Assembly (NCBI RefSeq): GCF_001194135.2
Contig: NC_068987.1
Span: forward strand, 43,549,034-43,613,033
Source: Octopus bimaculoides
Lineage: Eukaryota
DNA length: 64,000 bases
Direction of reading: 5' to 3'
Shown: positions 24,165-37,720 of the stretch, in pieces
Position numbering within the stretch: position 1 is the stretch's first letter
Layout: each line of letters starts with the position of its first letter
Position numbers and translations under genes: made by a program
Notes under the pieces: model-generated
What the model was told of the DNA's origin: nothing
The model's input: only the letters and a program-made list of their open reading frames with translations
Database searches by the model: none

Positions 24165-26900
24165 GAAAGAAATTGTTGTATACAGTGCTCAGGTGCACTA
24201 CAAGAAAAAGAAAAAAGATAAAAAAGTCATCAGGTCTACTGCAGGCAGATTTCAAGAAGCATGCAGCTAACGACTGATGCAGATAGTTTATTCCATGCTT
24301 CAACAATTCTGTGTGTGAAAAAATGTTTCCAAAAGCAATGGGTGCTGTGTTGTTTTTTGATTTTGTGAGCATGCCTACGAGCGTTTGACATATGGAATTT
24401 AAAAAGGTGCCCAAGGTTGTTGGAAAGATGGTGAATAATCTTGTGGGTGTCTACCAAGTCAGTTGCCAGACATCTAAGCTTCAATGGAAGCGAGACATGG
24501 TAGATTCCTGACGGTGGCTATTCGTTTTGTTGCATGTTTCTGAACAGTTTCCAGATTTATATGCTGAGCAAAATAGGGGTTCCAGATGGGTGTTGAAAAT
24601 TCTAAGTGTGGATGTACCATTGTTATATACAGTTTCAAATAGATAATTGGAGAGCAGCTGACAAAGGTCTTACTGAGTGATGCTAGGTCACACTCAGACT
24701 TCTTGACAATCTTAGAGATGTGACTTGTCCAATGCAGATCACTGTTTACAATGATACCCAGACTACGTTCACTAGAAGACTTCTTGAGATTGGTGTTGCT
24801 GAAAGAGTATGTAAAGGCTGGGTTTTTCCTCCCAAAATGCATGGTGACATACTTGTCCACGGCTAGCTTGAGTTGCCAGTCAGAGATCACTGCTGCATTT
24901 GTCCAAGTTTGATTGCGGGAAAGATCTATAGCACATGAGATCTGTTCTTTTTATTTCGAGGTACAGCTTGATGCCATTTGCATATTTCAACACTGTAACA
25001 TTCCTCAAGTTAGCATCTATGTCATTAATACATGCAACAAACAGTAGGGTCAAAGAATGGATCCTTGTGCGTTACCAGAAGTCATCTTGTAGGGTGAAGA
25101 ATGATGTCCTACAACCATAACTACCTCTTTCCAACTGACAATGAAGGACTTCAGCCAGTTATATAAATCATCTATCACACCCATTGCAGAGAGTTTTGGC
25201 ATGAGTCGTTTGTGTGGTACAGAAATGAAGGCTTTAGCAAAGTCCACCCATGAGCCGCCATCAGTAACTCAGGTGATGAGTTGGTTACACCAGCCAGAGA
25301 CCGGGATAAATCCAATCTGCAAGGGTCGAATAAGGTTGTGAGAGCTCCAAAAGTTCCAGAGTGTTTTTCTGACAAAGGACTTCATCAGTTTGGCAATGCA
25401 GCTAATAATGCTGACTGGGCAGTAGTTGACAGGTGATGTGCGATCACCTTTTTTAAACAGGGGAACAACACTGGCAATTTTCCAGTGCTCTGGAATGACA
25501 CAATTGCTAAGGCAGAATTGAAAGATGAATGAAAGCTGTTGCAAAAAAAAGAAACCACCATGTTTGAAAAGCTGATAAGTAACATCAAGACCAAGGGAGG
25601 CATAGTTGTGCTTATTCTTGAGTTGATGTCACAGTACAGTGGGTGTGAATTTCACAGATATTATGGAATTTGATGTCAGAGTTGGTGAAGAAGATACGTT
25701 TGGATTTTCAACAGTAAAAATGCCAGCATATCACTCAGTACATTCGATGGAGTCATCAGTGATCCAATCTGTGTGGGAATAGTAATGAGGGCCAACTGGA
25801 GAGTACATATTTCTAGAACACTTTGCTGTCAGGGCTGGTTGCTATACATTGTTCAAACTCAAGTACTGCCTTTTTTGTCACTTGCTTGAGATAGTTGGGT
25901 GATCTATTACATCTTGTTCTCATCTGTTCTATGCTGTCTGTATTTCTGTTCAGCATCACAACAAACTTTCCTGGCAAGTTGAACTGCTGCAGTCACCCAA
26001 ATTGCCCTTTTTTTTATTTTTAAAGTGTTTGCCTTGTACTGATGCTTCACATGCAGTCCAGATTGCACTGAGGATATTTTGAAAAATAGTACTGACATCC
26101 CAGAATTGTAAAATTCAAACTAGTTTGAGTGTTGTAATTCATCACAATAACCGTTCTAGTCTGCTTTGTTCCAGTCACAGTGAGTGGTTTGGAGGTGGTG
26201 CTTCTTCTTGTTTCTGCCTGTAAGAGACAGATTGGTAATGATCATAGCATGATCGGAGTTGCCAAGAGGATCTTTGTTTGTAACACTGATAACAGTTTTA
26301 GGAGTGGTGGTAAAGAGAGGTCCAAAGTGCTGTTACCTCTTGTGGGGGAGGTGACTACTTGGGACCAGTTTGCATCCAGCACTACAACAAGGAAATCGCC
26401 TGCACTTTGCAGCCAACGAAAAGTTTCTCAATCAATTTCAGGGTAGTTGAAGTCACCAGCAATGGAAACATAAGTGGCTGTTTTCCTAGATGCAGCCCTG
26501 AGGATTTCAAAAAGCTGTGTCTTGACAGTAATTTGGTGGGTGATAGACAACTCCAAGTATCAGGGTTGAAATGTTTATGCATAATTCACAAAAGAGTGCC
26601 TTTTGTTGTGATTTGTTCAAAACATCACAAGGAATTGATGACAAGTTTGAATGAATGTAGATCATCACGCCACCTCCATGACAATTAGCATGGTCTTTGC
26701 AAAGCAAGATGTAACCAACTATGCTAAAAACACATCACAAAGTAGAGAGTGAGCCCATGTTTCTGTGACGAAATCAGGGTCAGTACTTTTGATATGAGTC
26801 AAAAAGGTGCACCTTGTTGCACAGACTTTGGGCCTTCAGGGATAGGTGTTTGAAACGGGATTTAATCTCATCATGACGGTATATAGATGAAATATGTTTT
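24165..26900 (-). mobile_element. second copy of the CR1-type LINE family (APE + RT, heavily decayed)
   Basis: colinear with 5465-8350, including the 3' end attgtatacagtgctcaggtgcactacaa; DFAKAF, HLEFSTPIWNP. Confidence 0.9.
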
Positions 26901-28673
26901 GCTGTTCAATGGCAACACTGAGGATAGTATTTGGTCCCTGCCTTTGCACCTAACAGGTCCCTGACAAGCCTTCTCCACCTCTTATTTTCCTAATACTCAT
27001 TCCTCCATCACTCTTCTAACTGCAGCAGTAGTCATTTCGTCTCATTCCCTTTTGAGCTATCAGTTACCTTTCTTTCTCCCTAGAATCAATTCCTTTTAAC
27101 ATCCATCCCTCACATAATCCTGTCCCAGTTTATTTTCCACTGATCACCCTTTCTGTGCCTCCACTCATCTGTCCTCTCCTCTGAGTTCTGTCTTAGGATG
27201 CTATATCTTATCCTTAATACTCTTTTATCTGGTATCGTTCTCAACACCCTCTTGTATCTGCCAACTTTGTTCCGCACTCACTATCGTCCCCTGTACTTCT
27301 GACATCTATCACTATCACTATACATCTCTTTTGCCCTCTCAACTCTCCCACTCTGCACATCATCTCCTTATTTAAAGTTTTTTTTTTAATCTATCAGCAG
27401 GTTTACAAGAACGGGCTGAAAGGTTCATAGGCTGGATATTAAGGAGTGAGTCTAGGACTGTGAAATCTTGTATGCATTAATTTCAAATCATAATAATTAC
27501 AATGTTTCTTTCCAAGTAAACTGACATCTAACTGTTTAAAGAAGACTTGGGCTATTGTTGTAAGCAGAGTCAGTACTACAGTTTCGATTCTCAGTTGAAA
27601 CTATTCTGCTTAACTTACATCATAAAAGCTTTTCGGAAAAGGTAAGAAAGTTTATTTTTTCCTTTATCATAACTCACCTTTTGTGAGATAAGTGTAAGTG
27701 TAAAAGTTTACCGGAAAATGTTACAGAGTTATTTCGTTTTTGGATTTGGTTTGCAAGATTCTTTATGTGAGTTCGTGTGTTGAAGCATATTCTGTTTTGT
27801 CTGGGGAGAGTCATTCTCTTTTGGTGCCTTATAATTTAACACACTCACCGGTAAAATTTCCACTTATTTCTTTTTTATTTTTCTAAAATTTTTGTTGCGT
27901 CTTGCAACCTTNNNNNNNNNNNNNNNNNNNNNNNNNNNNNNNNNNNNNNNNNNNNNNNNNNNNNNNNNNNNNNNNNNNNNNNNNNNNNNNNNNNNNNNNN
28001 NNNNNNNNNNNNNNNNNNNNNNNNNNNNNNNNNNNNNNNNNNNNNNNNNNNNNNNNNNNNNNNNNNNNNNNNNNNNNNNNNNNNNNNNNNNNNNNNNNNN
28101 NNNNNNNNNNNNNNNNNNNNNNNNNNNNNNNNNNNNNNNNNNNNNNNNNNNNNNNNNNNNNNNNNNNNNNNNNNNNNNNNNNNNNNNNNNNNNNNNNNNN
28201 NNNNNNNNNNNNNNNNNNNNNNNNNNNNNNNNNNNNNNNNNNNNNNNNNNNNNGGGCACTTTTTTTTTTCAAACTTTTTCCATTACGCTAAAAAAAAAAT
28301 GAATAAAATTATTTGTAGATTCATTTACTTTTCGTTTGAGTAGTAGAAAAAGGTTAAAAAAAAAGAATTCCGTATATCACAGTGAGAAACAAGTTCATAA
28401 ATACTGTTGAATATGGGTTTTACTATGGAAAGAGTTATTTTTAGCACATCTCACGACCATCTGATACTTCCTTGTTTCTATGTTTAATATTTGTTTTGTT
28501 AACGAGTGAAGATCTTTATATTTTTCTGCTCACATCAATCATATTTGGAAAAAAAGCACCTCCCTGTTTACACAAGGTATTTATAGATATCAGAAGTCGA
28601 ACAATAAATAAAATGATGTAACAAAAATGAAATTAAATGTTCTCTGTTAGTAAACACTAATATTTATACTGAC

Positions 28674-28741
28674 TTGAGTAAATCCGGGTGGTATAAATAT
28701 TCATAATCCAAACAAACTCGTTCATCTCCACTAGCAGCCAT
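28674..28741 (-). CDS. DECR2: DECR2 coding exon 1 (MAASGDERVCLDYEYLYHPDLL-K)
   Basis: ATG at 28741-28739; 68 nt, ends phase 2 at AA|GTCAGT; joins exon 2 in frame to give HPDLLKNKVAFITGGG, matching the DECR2 N-terminus. Confidence 0.9.
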
Positions 28742-30120
28742 GCTTAGAATGTCTAGGTTATATCTTTTGTTAATGTTTAGCCCTAGGTCAAACCTGATAA
28801 ACCAAACTTATAATCAAAAGTGCTCAACACGTGACCAAACACAAACACACACTCTCTCTCTCGCTCTCTGTACAAGGTCATTCACCCATGGCAGTGGGCC
28901 ATGGCAGTAGGTGAATGTATTTTTAAGACCAGCTTTTAGTTCCTCGCGAGCATTTCTAGGCGTCATAACTAATTCAGTTCTCATGCAAACTGAATGTGGC
29001 TTTCTTTAACAATGATGGGCCAGTCTTCGGCTACATTTTGAGATAATTCAAATTTGGTTTATTAAAAAAAGTTAGGTTAAAAATGGCAAAACTGACTTTG
29101 AATTAAAACATCTCAGTTATTTTAAAAGAAAATTATAAATTAATTGGGTTTAAAAGAATGTACTCATTGAAAAGAATCTTTTGGTGGAAATATCGTCAAT
29201 AGGTATAAGCTACGAAAAAAGTAATGCTTTAAGTGACGAAAAAATGCTAAGTAACCCACAAAACTGGCTTTGAATAAAAAATATTTCAGCTGTTGTAAAA
29301 GAAAAATATACAATAGTTGTCTTAGCCGGCGATATAGCCTGTAGCAGGATTTGTTCGGTACGTAGCAGTGAAAAGTCACAGCATTGACGAAAGGGACCTA
29401 ATGTGAGTTGTCTCGCTTGACAATAGTTGTGTTCTTACGAAAGAACTCTATGAGATTAATCTTATGGTAAAAATCTAGTAAAAAAATATTAGCTATAAAA
29501 AGATGGTGTGGCGATCACTTTAACAAATTAGAATATTTTTGTCATTTTAAGATATTTATCCTTATCAAAGATTATGTTTAAAGTCATGGAGCGCTTAGCT
29601 TCGTGGTAAAGAGCCGATGTCTCAAACACCGGTAGCTGTTTGCTGGCCTCTTTTTTTTTTCTCCGCTTTCTAAGGGGTATTTAGACTATCTTCTAACCTG
29701 TTTTCATAACTATTTTGTGTTCAGTATTTACTTCAGATGAAAAAGCTCCAGGAGAGAAATCTTATGGTAAAAACCTTGTCAAAAAATATTAGTTACAAAA
29801 AAAAAAAATGGTTTTAAGTGATGAAAAGCGGTGATAATTTTAAGAAATTATAATATTTTTGTCTTTTTTAGAGAAAAAAAAAACTATTTGAACTCACNNN
29901 NNNNNNNNNNNNNNNNNNNNNNNNNNNNNNNNNNNNNNNNNNNNNNNNNNNNNNNNNNNNNNNNNNNNNNNNNNNNNNNNNNNNNNNNNNNNNNNNNNNN
30001 NNNNNNNNNNNNNNNNNNNNNNNNNNNNNNNNNNNNNNNNNNNNNNNNNNNNNNNNNNNNTGAACTCACAAATGAAAGCGTTCATCGAGTCGAATATTCT
30101 GGAGAAAACCCTCTCTAAAA

Positions 30121-30445
30121 ATCATCATCATCGTTTAACGTCCGCTTTCCATGCTAGCATGGGTTGGACGATTTGACTGAGGACTGGTGAAACCAGATGG
30201 CTACACCAGGCTCCAATCTGATTTGGCAGAGTTTCTACAGCTGGATGCCCTTCCTAACGCCAACCACTCAGAGTGTAGTGGGTGCTTTTACGTGTCACCC
30301 GCACGAAGGCCAGTCAGGCGGTACTGGCAACGGCCACGCTCAAAATGGTGTATTTTATGTGCCACCCGCACAAGAGCCAATCCAGGGGCACTGGCAAAGA
30401 TCTCTACGAAGGTCAGTCAGGCGGTACTGGCAATGGCCACGCTCT
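30121..30445 (-). mobile_element. RTE-type LINE 3' UTR (or derived SINE) with (ATG)n tail and internal subrepeats
   Basis: reverse complement of 44800-45122; tail-only piece also at 37960-38007. Confidence 0.75.
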
Positions 30446-32293
30446 TATGACCCTAGATACATCATACTTAAAAGTTTAAAAAATGAGATGGACAATGTTA
30501 GAATGCCTTCAATCAGTCCTACTTAACTAGGGTTGACCTGTGGCTAAACAACTTCTGCCTTACATAATTAGTTTTATGCCTAGTTGCAAAGAAATACATT
30601 TAAAAATTTACTTTTTTTTCTTTTTAATGGGGAAAACAAATTCCTGACTCAGACACTATTTTACAAGTACAAAAGTGGGGAAATGATATCNNNNNNNNNN
30701 ATGTTTTTACATTGAAATATTTCAATAATCAAAACATGTCTGAAAAGTATAAAAATATTAAGCATAAAAAGTGTAGTGGGAAAGGTGTAGCAAAAAATGT
30801 TGAGGTAGCAAATGAAATAGACATGTGGATGACATCAAAGTAAAACAATAGGAAAGCATCGCATTGTGGTTTAAATAATTTATTTAATCGACACTCACAT
30901 TTACATGTTGTATACACCAGAAAACTCACTACATGACATTACCAACTTGCTTCGAGTTGGCGAAGAAGAAAAACAGGGAAAATATTGTGTCGATGTGATG
31001 AGATAGAACTGGGCATGTTTTGTGTCTACGTGTGCGTTGGTCATTTGGTGGTGTCTGTTTATGTTCTGCTACTGTGTTGGGTCATTCATGCTGAATATGT
31101 GGTTCTAAGTTGGCTGCTTGACTGGTGCAAGTTACTTGCTGGCTGTCTCTTGACAGTTCGCCTGGTGATAGCTATCTGCCTTTGTCGTATGTCTGACTGT
31201 ATTTATAATGGTCATGACAGCTAGAAGGACAGACATACTACAGGAGTGATTTGCACCTATGTAAGTCGCCTCCTGTCCACTTGAACCTTAAATGACACGG
31301 CTCAGACCATAGGTCAAAGAGAAAAACCATCCATCACTTTTTGACAGGACAAAGAAATTTCTTTCGCGCCTGTTTGGTCAGTGGTGGATCAGACGAGCGA
31401 GAATCTTTAGATTCGGTTTTGAATCTCAGCTCGGAAAAAGGAAGTGTCAGTTTTTACAAAAGTTGTGATTTGTTTTGTGATTTTTTTTTTTTTTTGCAAT
31501 ATTAAATTTTATTATTCTGTTTTTGCATTAAAATGTAAATATTAAAAACAGTAAAATAAAAAAAAATTCACTCATTAAAAAACATTATTAATTATTTAAT
31601 TAGAATATAACATTATTTTATAATAAAAATTGTTTTGTAACAGATATGCTGCTATTAATCCTTTGTTATTTCTAAGGACAAACAAAATTTCTAAGTTTGA
31701 ACAAAATCTGAATTTTAAAAATATTTATAATAGTATCATTTTTTTTCAATTATAAATTATAAAGATAAATATAATTAATTATAATAGTAGAAGCATTGCC
31801 TGGTAAAAGGTAGACAAGAATGAAAAATACAGGTGCAGAATCCTAGAATATTGAACCTGGAAAAGTACAGAACAAGCAGCAATTAAGTCTGGAAAAGTAC
31901 AGGACAAGAAGGAAAAAAAAACTTAAAATATTGCTGCTGAATTTGGAATTTGTTAAATAGATTTCTGAAATTGTTCATCAAATAATGTGTGCACTGTTTT
32001 GTTTTTTATATTTATTCTCACAACCATTGGAGTGCTAATGCTCCTCATGACAGCAGGTCAGTGAGATGGTTGTGACTTGTAAATAGTTTTGAGTAGGAAC
32101 CAGAAAGAGAAGTATGAACCCGCAATGCATATGTCACGTCTTGCTTTATCTCACTGTTTCAATTATGCAGATAACACCTTGTAAATACATATATACTCCT
32201 ATTATTGTCCTGACAAGATATTAGGCACCAAGCACTTACTAACTACAGTTTTATGTAATTTCCGTCTTTTTATGTGAACCACTTCAGTTTCCC

Positions 32294-32679
32294 AGTGGAG
32301 GCGCAATGGCCCAGTGGTTAGGGCAGTGGACTCGCGGTCATAGGGCCGCAGTTTCGATTCCTAGACTGGGCGTTGTGAGTGTTTATTGAGCGAAAACACT
32401 TAAAGCTCCACGAGGCTCCGGCAGGGGATGGTGGCGAACCCTGCTGTACTCTTCCACCACAACTTTCTCTCACTCTTACTTCCTGTTTCTGTTGTGCCTG
32501 TAATTCAAAGGGTCAGCCTTGTCACACTGTGTCACGCTGAATATCCCCGAGAAATACGTTAAGGGAACACGTGTCTGTGGAGTGCTCAGCCACTTGCATG
32601 TTAATTTCATGAGCAGGCTGTTCCATTGATCGGATCAACTGGAACCCTCGTCATCGTAAGCGACGGAGTGCCAATAAAA
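32294..32679 (+). mobile_element. full-length tRNA-derived SINE with a 13-bp target-site duplication
   Basis: A box TGGCCCAGTGG, B box GTTTCGATTCC; TSD ACTTCAGTTTCCC at 32281-32293 and 32680-32692. Confidence 0.9.
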
Positions 32680-34444
32680 ACTTCAGTTTCCCCTAATGCT
32701 CTGAAAATAGTAGACACATTTTTACAGAATCCCAGATGCAAAACCTGTGTTTTTGTAGGGGACTTTAAGGTGCAACAATTTTAACAACTACAGGCAACTA
32801 GAGGATATTGATATATTTTATACTATCAGGTATGGTGTTACAACTGACACATTAACTCAAAAAACAATTCTTTGCCTGTCCATAAATAATTATTCATCAA
32901 GATTAAAGCAGGTATTAATGATATTCTAACTTAAAATTCATCTGGTGTTGTTCGTTTGTTGTCCCTCACAACTGAAGATAGTGTTCATAAATTGAAAAAT
33001 TTGAATTCAATACTATGATTTAAAGTTATTAGAAACTTAAATTCTACATTATTGGGTTCATGGACAATTTCCTGGCACCAATGTATTGCTAAATACCATA
33101 GAAAAGGAGCAGGAAAGGTGTACCATTGAGGCATCACATAAGATATATGTTTAACAAGTTATATGATGGACTGTATGCTACATCCAACACCACTATCATG
33201 CAACTTTGCTGCAATTTTCTTGTTTACATTTCATTGCAAATTTTTAAAATTTAAGTTAATAATTTTGATTTAAAATTTTCTTTGTATGAAGCTAAAATAT
33301 TTCTGTCTTATTTTTAGTATTATATTATTTTTTAATTTTATTTTCTTAACAAAACTCATTATTCAAAAATTTTAAATCACATGTATTGTGTTATCAAATT
33401 AAACTCATGTAGAATATATGTAATTCAAAAGAGTAAAAAATAGTAAAAAATATATTTTTTAAAGATACAAAAGAATAAATTTCTTTAAAGTTTGCGTTAT
33501 GAGATAACACAGTACTTTCTATTTGCAGTTGGGAAAATATATAATGAACAAATTGAGTGCAAAATGTAGAAATGACTCTAGCTATTTTAAAAAATCTGCC
33601 TGAATAATTTATGAAAGAATTGGTAAGGAGGTAATTTATCTATTTATGAAGCTTCAAGAAAGCTGAGTTTTTCAGTTGTTCTCAAGACAGTAGCTGAGAG
33701 AGGCATAACCTAACACCATCAGATTTGAAAACAACAGTTGGAGATGGGCTTATGGTGTTGGTGGCCAGAGTGACCCTGAGTTTGTGGGGTTCCGTAATTG
33801 GGCCTAGTTGGAGGCTGTTCGTATCAGGAGGATGGTATCATCTATGTATTAGCATATTTTGTATATTTTTTTCACTAGTATAAGTGCAAGAGCTGCAGCC
33901 ATGCTGGGGCACTGCCTTTGTAACTGCTTTTTACTCATTTCTTTACCAACCCACCTTTTCCTTTCTCCCTCACCATTTTTACATAAATTTCCCCACACAA
34001 ATTATAAACTGTTCTTGTAATGTCCCTCTGCCCCACACTCAACAGATGCTCTAGAGGCAAATGAAACATATGATGATGAGCATCATCATCGTCATAATCA
34101 TCCTCATCACCATCATCATTACCATCATCATCATCTTTACAACAAATATCACCACCATCATTATCACAATCATCATCATCGTCATCATCAATAATAATAA
34201 TAATGGTTTCAAATTTTGGCACAAGGCCAGCAACTTTAGGGTAGGGATTAAGTCAATTACATCGACTCCCAGTGCTCAACTGGTACTTATTTTATTGACC
34301 CTGAAAGGATGAAAGGCAAAGCTGACCTTGATGGAATTTGAACTGAGAACTAAAGACAAACAAAATGCCACAAAGCATTTTGCTTGGTGTGCTAAGGATT
34401 CTGCCAGCTCACTGCATTAATAATACTAATACTACTACTACTAC

Positions 34445-34475
<31 letters not shown>

Positions 34476-34729
34476 TTGATTCTAAATTTTTGAAATAAAA
34501 CCATAATAATGAAGTTGTATATTGTCATATTACAGATGGTATTGCCAAAGGTATTGACCAAGCTGAAACCTGAGAATGACTCCACAGAAAATTATTGATA
34601 AGTATATTTATGATGGCATGGATTGCTTTATGAGTAAGTTACCAGACACCCAGCCAAGAGATCAAGCTTTACTTTCCAGTACAGGTCACAGTAGAGCCAA
34701 GACTCACCGCTTCACAGCTGCATCACTCT

Positions 34730-35160
34730 AGCTGAAAATAGCTAGAATGCCGTATGTAGGATCAACCCGTCACTATAAGTAGACACCACAATGAGGAACA
34801 GTTCACTTAGCTGTAAAGAATATCACTGTGAAATATAGTCAACTTAGCCATAAAAGGATATGACAGGAAATACAATCCACTGAACTGTAAAAGGATACCA
34901 CAGCGAGGTAAGTTCATGTAGCTGCAATAAGATATAATCCATCTAGATGTAAAGACATAACCACAGTAAAGTGTAGTCTATCTAGCTGTAAAGCGAAAGC
35001 ACAAGGAGATACAGTCCATTTGGCTATAAAAAGACACTACAGTAAGGAATAGTCTACCTAGCCAAAAAACAAATGCTACAGTAAGGTGAATCCAACTAAT
35101 GGTAAAAAGGCACCAGTAAAGAACAGTTCGCCTAACAATACAAATGCACCACAGTGCCAC
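34730..35160. repeat. degenerate minisatellite, unit about 36 bp (agtccacttagctgtaaaagacaccacagtaaggaat-like)
   Basis: about 11-12 recurrences of tagct(g)taaa...cacag. Confidence 0.65.
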
Positions 35161-35435
35161 AATGTCCTTATTAAAGACTTCAATGTCAGATTTTCTATTC
35201 ACCACTTTAACCCTTTTGTTACCATATTTCTGTTGAAATACACTGCTTTTGTTTCAATTAATTTTGAAAATTGTGAAGAATTTAGGAAATAGGTTTGTTA
35301 TTATTAAAATGTTTTTTTTTTATCTCTTTATTCTCTATCCCTTCCTGAAACTAGCTTCTGCAACCAGTCCACTTCCTTTCTGAAATTAGTTGATGCTATT
35401 TTGAAATAATTTTCAGAATAATTTTATTCTGAACT

Positions 35436-35661
35436 TTAATCCTCTTGTTAACATATTTCTGTTTAAATACACTGTCTTTGTTTCAATTAATTTTGAAAAT
35501 AATGAAGAATTTTGAAATATGACTTTCTGATTATTAAGCTGCTGTTCAAAACAATCTAACATATTAATTTTGATGGAAGATCTTAATTTAGATCTCTTTA
35601 AAACAAGAAGTTCATATAGAACCAGGAACTGTTTCAGATAGGTTAGTGTTAAAAAGGTTAA
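35436..35661. mobile_element. TTAA-bounded MITE (piggyBac-like), with a partial 5' copy at 35207-35300
   Basis: TTAA at both ends, imperfect terminal inverted repeats; about 90 bp duplicated 230 bp upstream. Confidence 0.55.
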
Positions 35662-35955
35662 GGACTTTATACTAACCCTCTCATTATAACAGTATAATGA
35701 AATTGAAGGCTTGTGATACCTGTAGAATATCTCCTTCTTCCATTACAATTATTTCTGTAGTTTTAAGAATCTGGAACTCAAAGAAGAAGAAGCTTACAAA
35801 TGTAGTGCAATTCAATAGTTGTTTATTTTAGTTCTCATTCATGTGGCTTGCTCCCAGTGACCATCTTATGGCAGCACATGGTTCGTTATATCTCTGTTCA
35901 CATGAGGTACATTACCTCTGGAGATAACAGGTGAAGTTAGAGTGGGATAAGGATC

Positions 35956-36186
35956 TGTTGTGAGCTGCCAGCTTGCAGTGTTTCTCAGTGTAAGCGAGAA
36001 GGAAGAAAAAGAGAGTAAATGTCTTAATGCTTCTACTTATATAGTAATTGCCGACAAGAGTCTCGCTGTCGTCTCGTGCATGGCAAATGGTTGCAGGCAA
36101 GATCTCGCTTCTGTCTTGGACATGGTAATGGCTACCAGCGAGATCTCATACAAAATGGTGCTGGCTTCTTGTGCCTCACTACAACA
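35956..36186 (-). promoter_or_regulatory. LTR-like promoter module, homologous to 52880-53075
   Basis: TGTTG...CAACA ends, GAGATCTC palindromes, CCATTTT, TATATAAG at 36043-36036; no TSD seen. Confidence 0.5.
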
Positions 36187-36899
36187 GCAAAAAGCATGGT
36201 GAGTAGATATGTTAGAGATAGCACCCAACTGTACTCAAAAAATGAAGGGTGCATTAGATGAGGTATCCCTAGATGTACCATGTACCATGCATTCCTAGAT
36301 ATTCTATGTCTGATCAAAAGACAAGATTAAAAGGATTTTTGACGATTGACATGGAAAGTGAGGTTGAAAATATAATAATTAAACCCCCATTTTGTATTTC
36401 TAAAATATATTTTATAATATTAAGCTACATCAAATTCCTGCTATAACAGAAAACATAGAAGTTTTGCCAAAATGGAAGATTATTATCTTAAATTTGACCC
36501 AGTTTAATTTAAACCTCACACATTTACTTCTTTTTGTTGAAGGTAAGTGGATTTATATATCTTAGTGTGAAGACAGGGAAAGCCCCCGGCCCATCAGGAA
36601 TCACTGCAGAGATNNNNNNNNNNNNNNNNNNNNNNNNNNNNNNNNNNNNNNNNNNNNNNNNNNNNNNNNNNNNNNNNNNNNNNNNNNNNNNNNNNNNNNN
36701 NNNNNNNNNNNNNTGTTAAATTTCCTCTACTACATTATGAATTGGTCTGATAGTAGTAAAAAAAAAATCCAACCTAGAATTGTGTTGCCACTATGACCAG
36801 AATAATCTTTATAACTATATCCATGTATAATGTTTACCCCTTCCCTTTCCTTATAAGAGAAAGGCTGGTTGCTCCCCTTAAGCTTTAAATCACTAGATA

Positions 36900-37720
36900 A
36901 AAAAACAAATAAAATCAGGGACAGTTAAAATTCTGCCTAGTTCTGACAAGAACTAGAAGACCATAGATTTCAAGTTTGTTTCCACCTAGTGATTGAACCT
37001 TGTCGTCTACTAATCTTAATGCCTCATTGAAGATGTCATCATTGAATGTGACACCACTGCCACACTGATACTGAATTCTTTGAAGAATGTCTTCAGAAAG
37101 CCCCTCCTTGTTTTGCACAAAAGTTGATTTGATTTGACAATCCACAGTTCACCATCATGATGGAGAAGAGGTTTCTCAGCTGCATAGGAGACTTGCACAT
37201 TTGTGCCTCTGTCAGAGTGGCATCCCAGTGTGCATCATCTTCCAGAAGACATCTGAGATAGCAAACCTGCCAATATGTTTGATATACTGTGTTATAAACC
37301 ATACTTAAGGCTGTAAATGATGTGGGTTCCTTAATATGGTGTAATAGAAGCCTTAGAAAGTAGCACCCTGAGTAGTTTTTGAGAACTGTTCCCCACTCGA
37401 AGGTGTTTTGGAACAAGTCATCCATATTTGTTTCTTTGACTGGGATGTAAATCCATAGAAACTCCATCCCCAGTTGTAATTAGAAACCTAGTTACAGCTA
37501 TAAATAGAAGAATCTCCAAGCTATAAACAGATAGAGGAACCTTCAACAAGTCTCCTTCCATAATAAGAAGCATCAGCAAGGAGTGGATTCACTGAGAAGT
37601 TAGAATATATGGAGGACACTCCTACCCCAACACTGAACCCAAAGAGAGCCATAAAGAGAAAAATAATCTGGTTCAATCTTTCATCTAACTTGGAAATTTC
37701 AACCAGCATAGCTAGGAGCC
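36900..37720 (-). mobile_element. Helitron RepHel fragment
   Basis: YFLRLLLHHIKEPTSF...CLLEDDAHWDATLTEA..SPMQLRNLF...LSEDIL...FNEAL..DDKV..LGG, from the region between the Rep and helicase domains. Confidence 0.8.

Noticed and set aside
31157-31266. Plus-strand exon-like segment with a gacag acceptor and GTAAGT donor, suggesting a divergent gene
   Set aside because: Stops in all three frames and no further plus-strand exons found
31311-31323. AGGTCA-containing DR1/PPRE-like site upstream of a peroxisomal gene
   Set aside because: Only one good half-site; expected by chance
32297-32375. tRNA-like sequence with A and B boxes
   Set aside because: It is the head of a TSD-flanked SINE; no proper cloverleaf or acceptor stem
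33935-34312. Poly-Asp, poly-His and poly-Ile ORFs (also 1135-1329)
   Set aside because: (CAT)n/(GAT)n trinucleotide repeats next to SINEs
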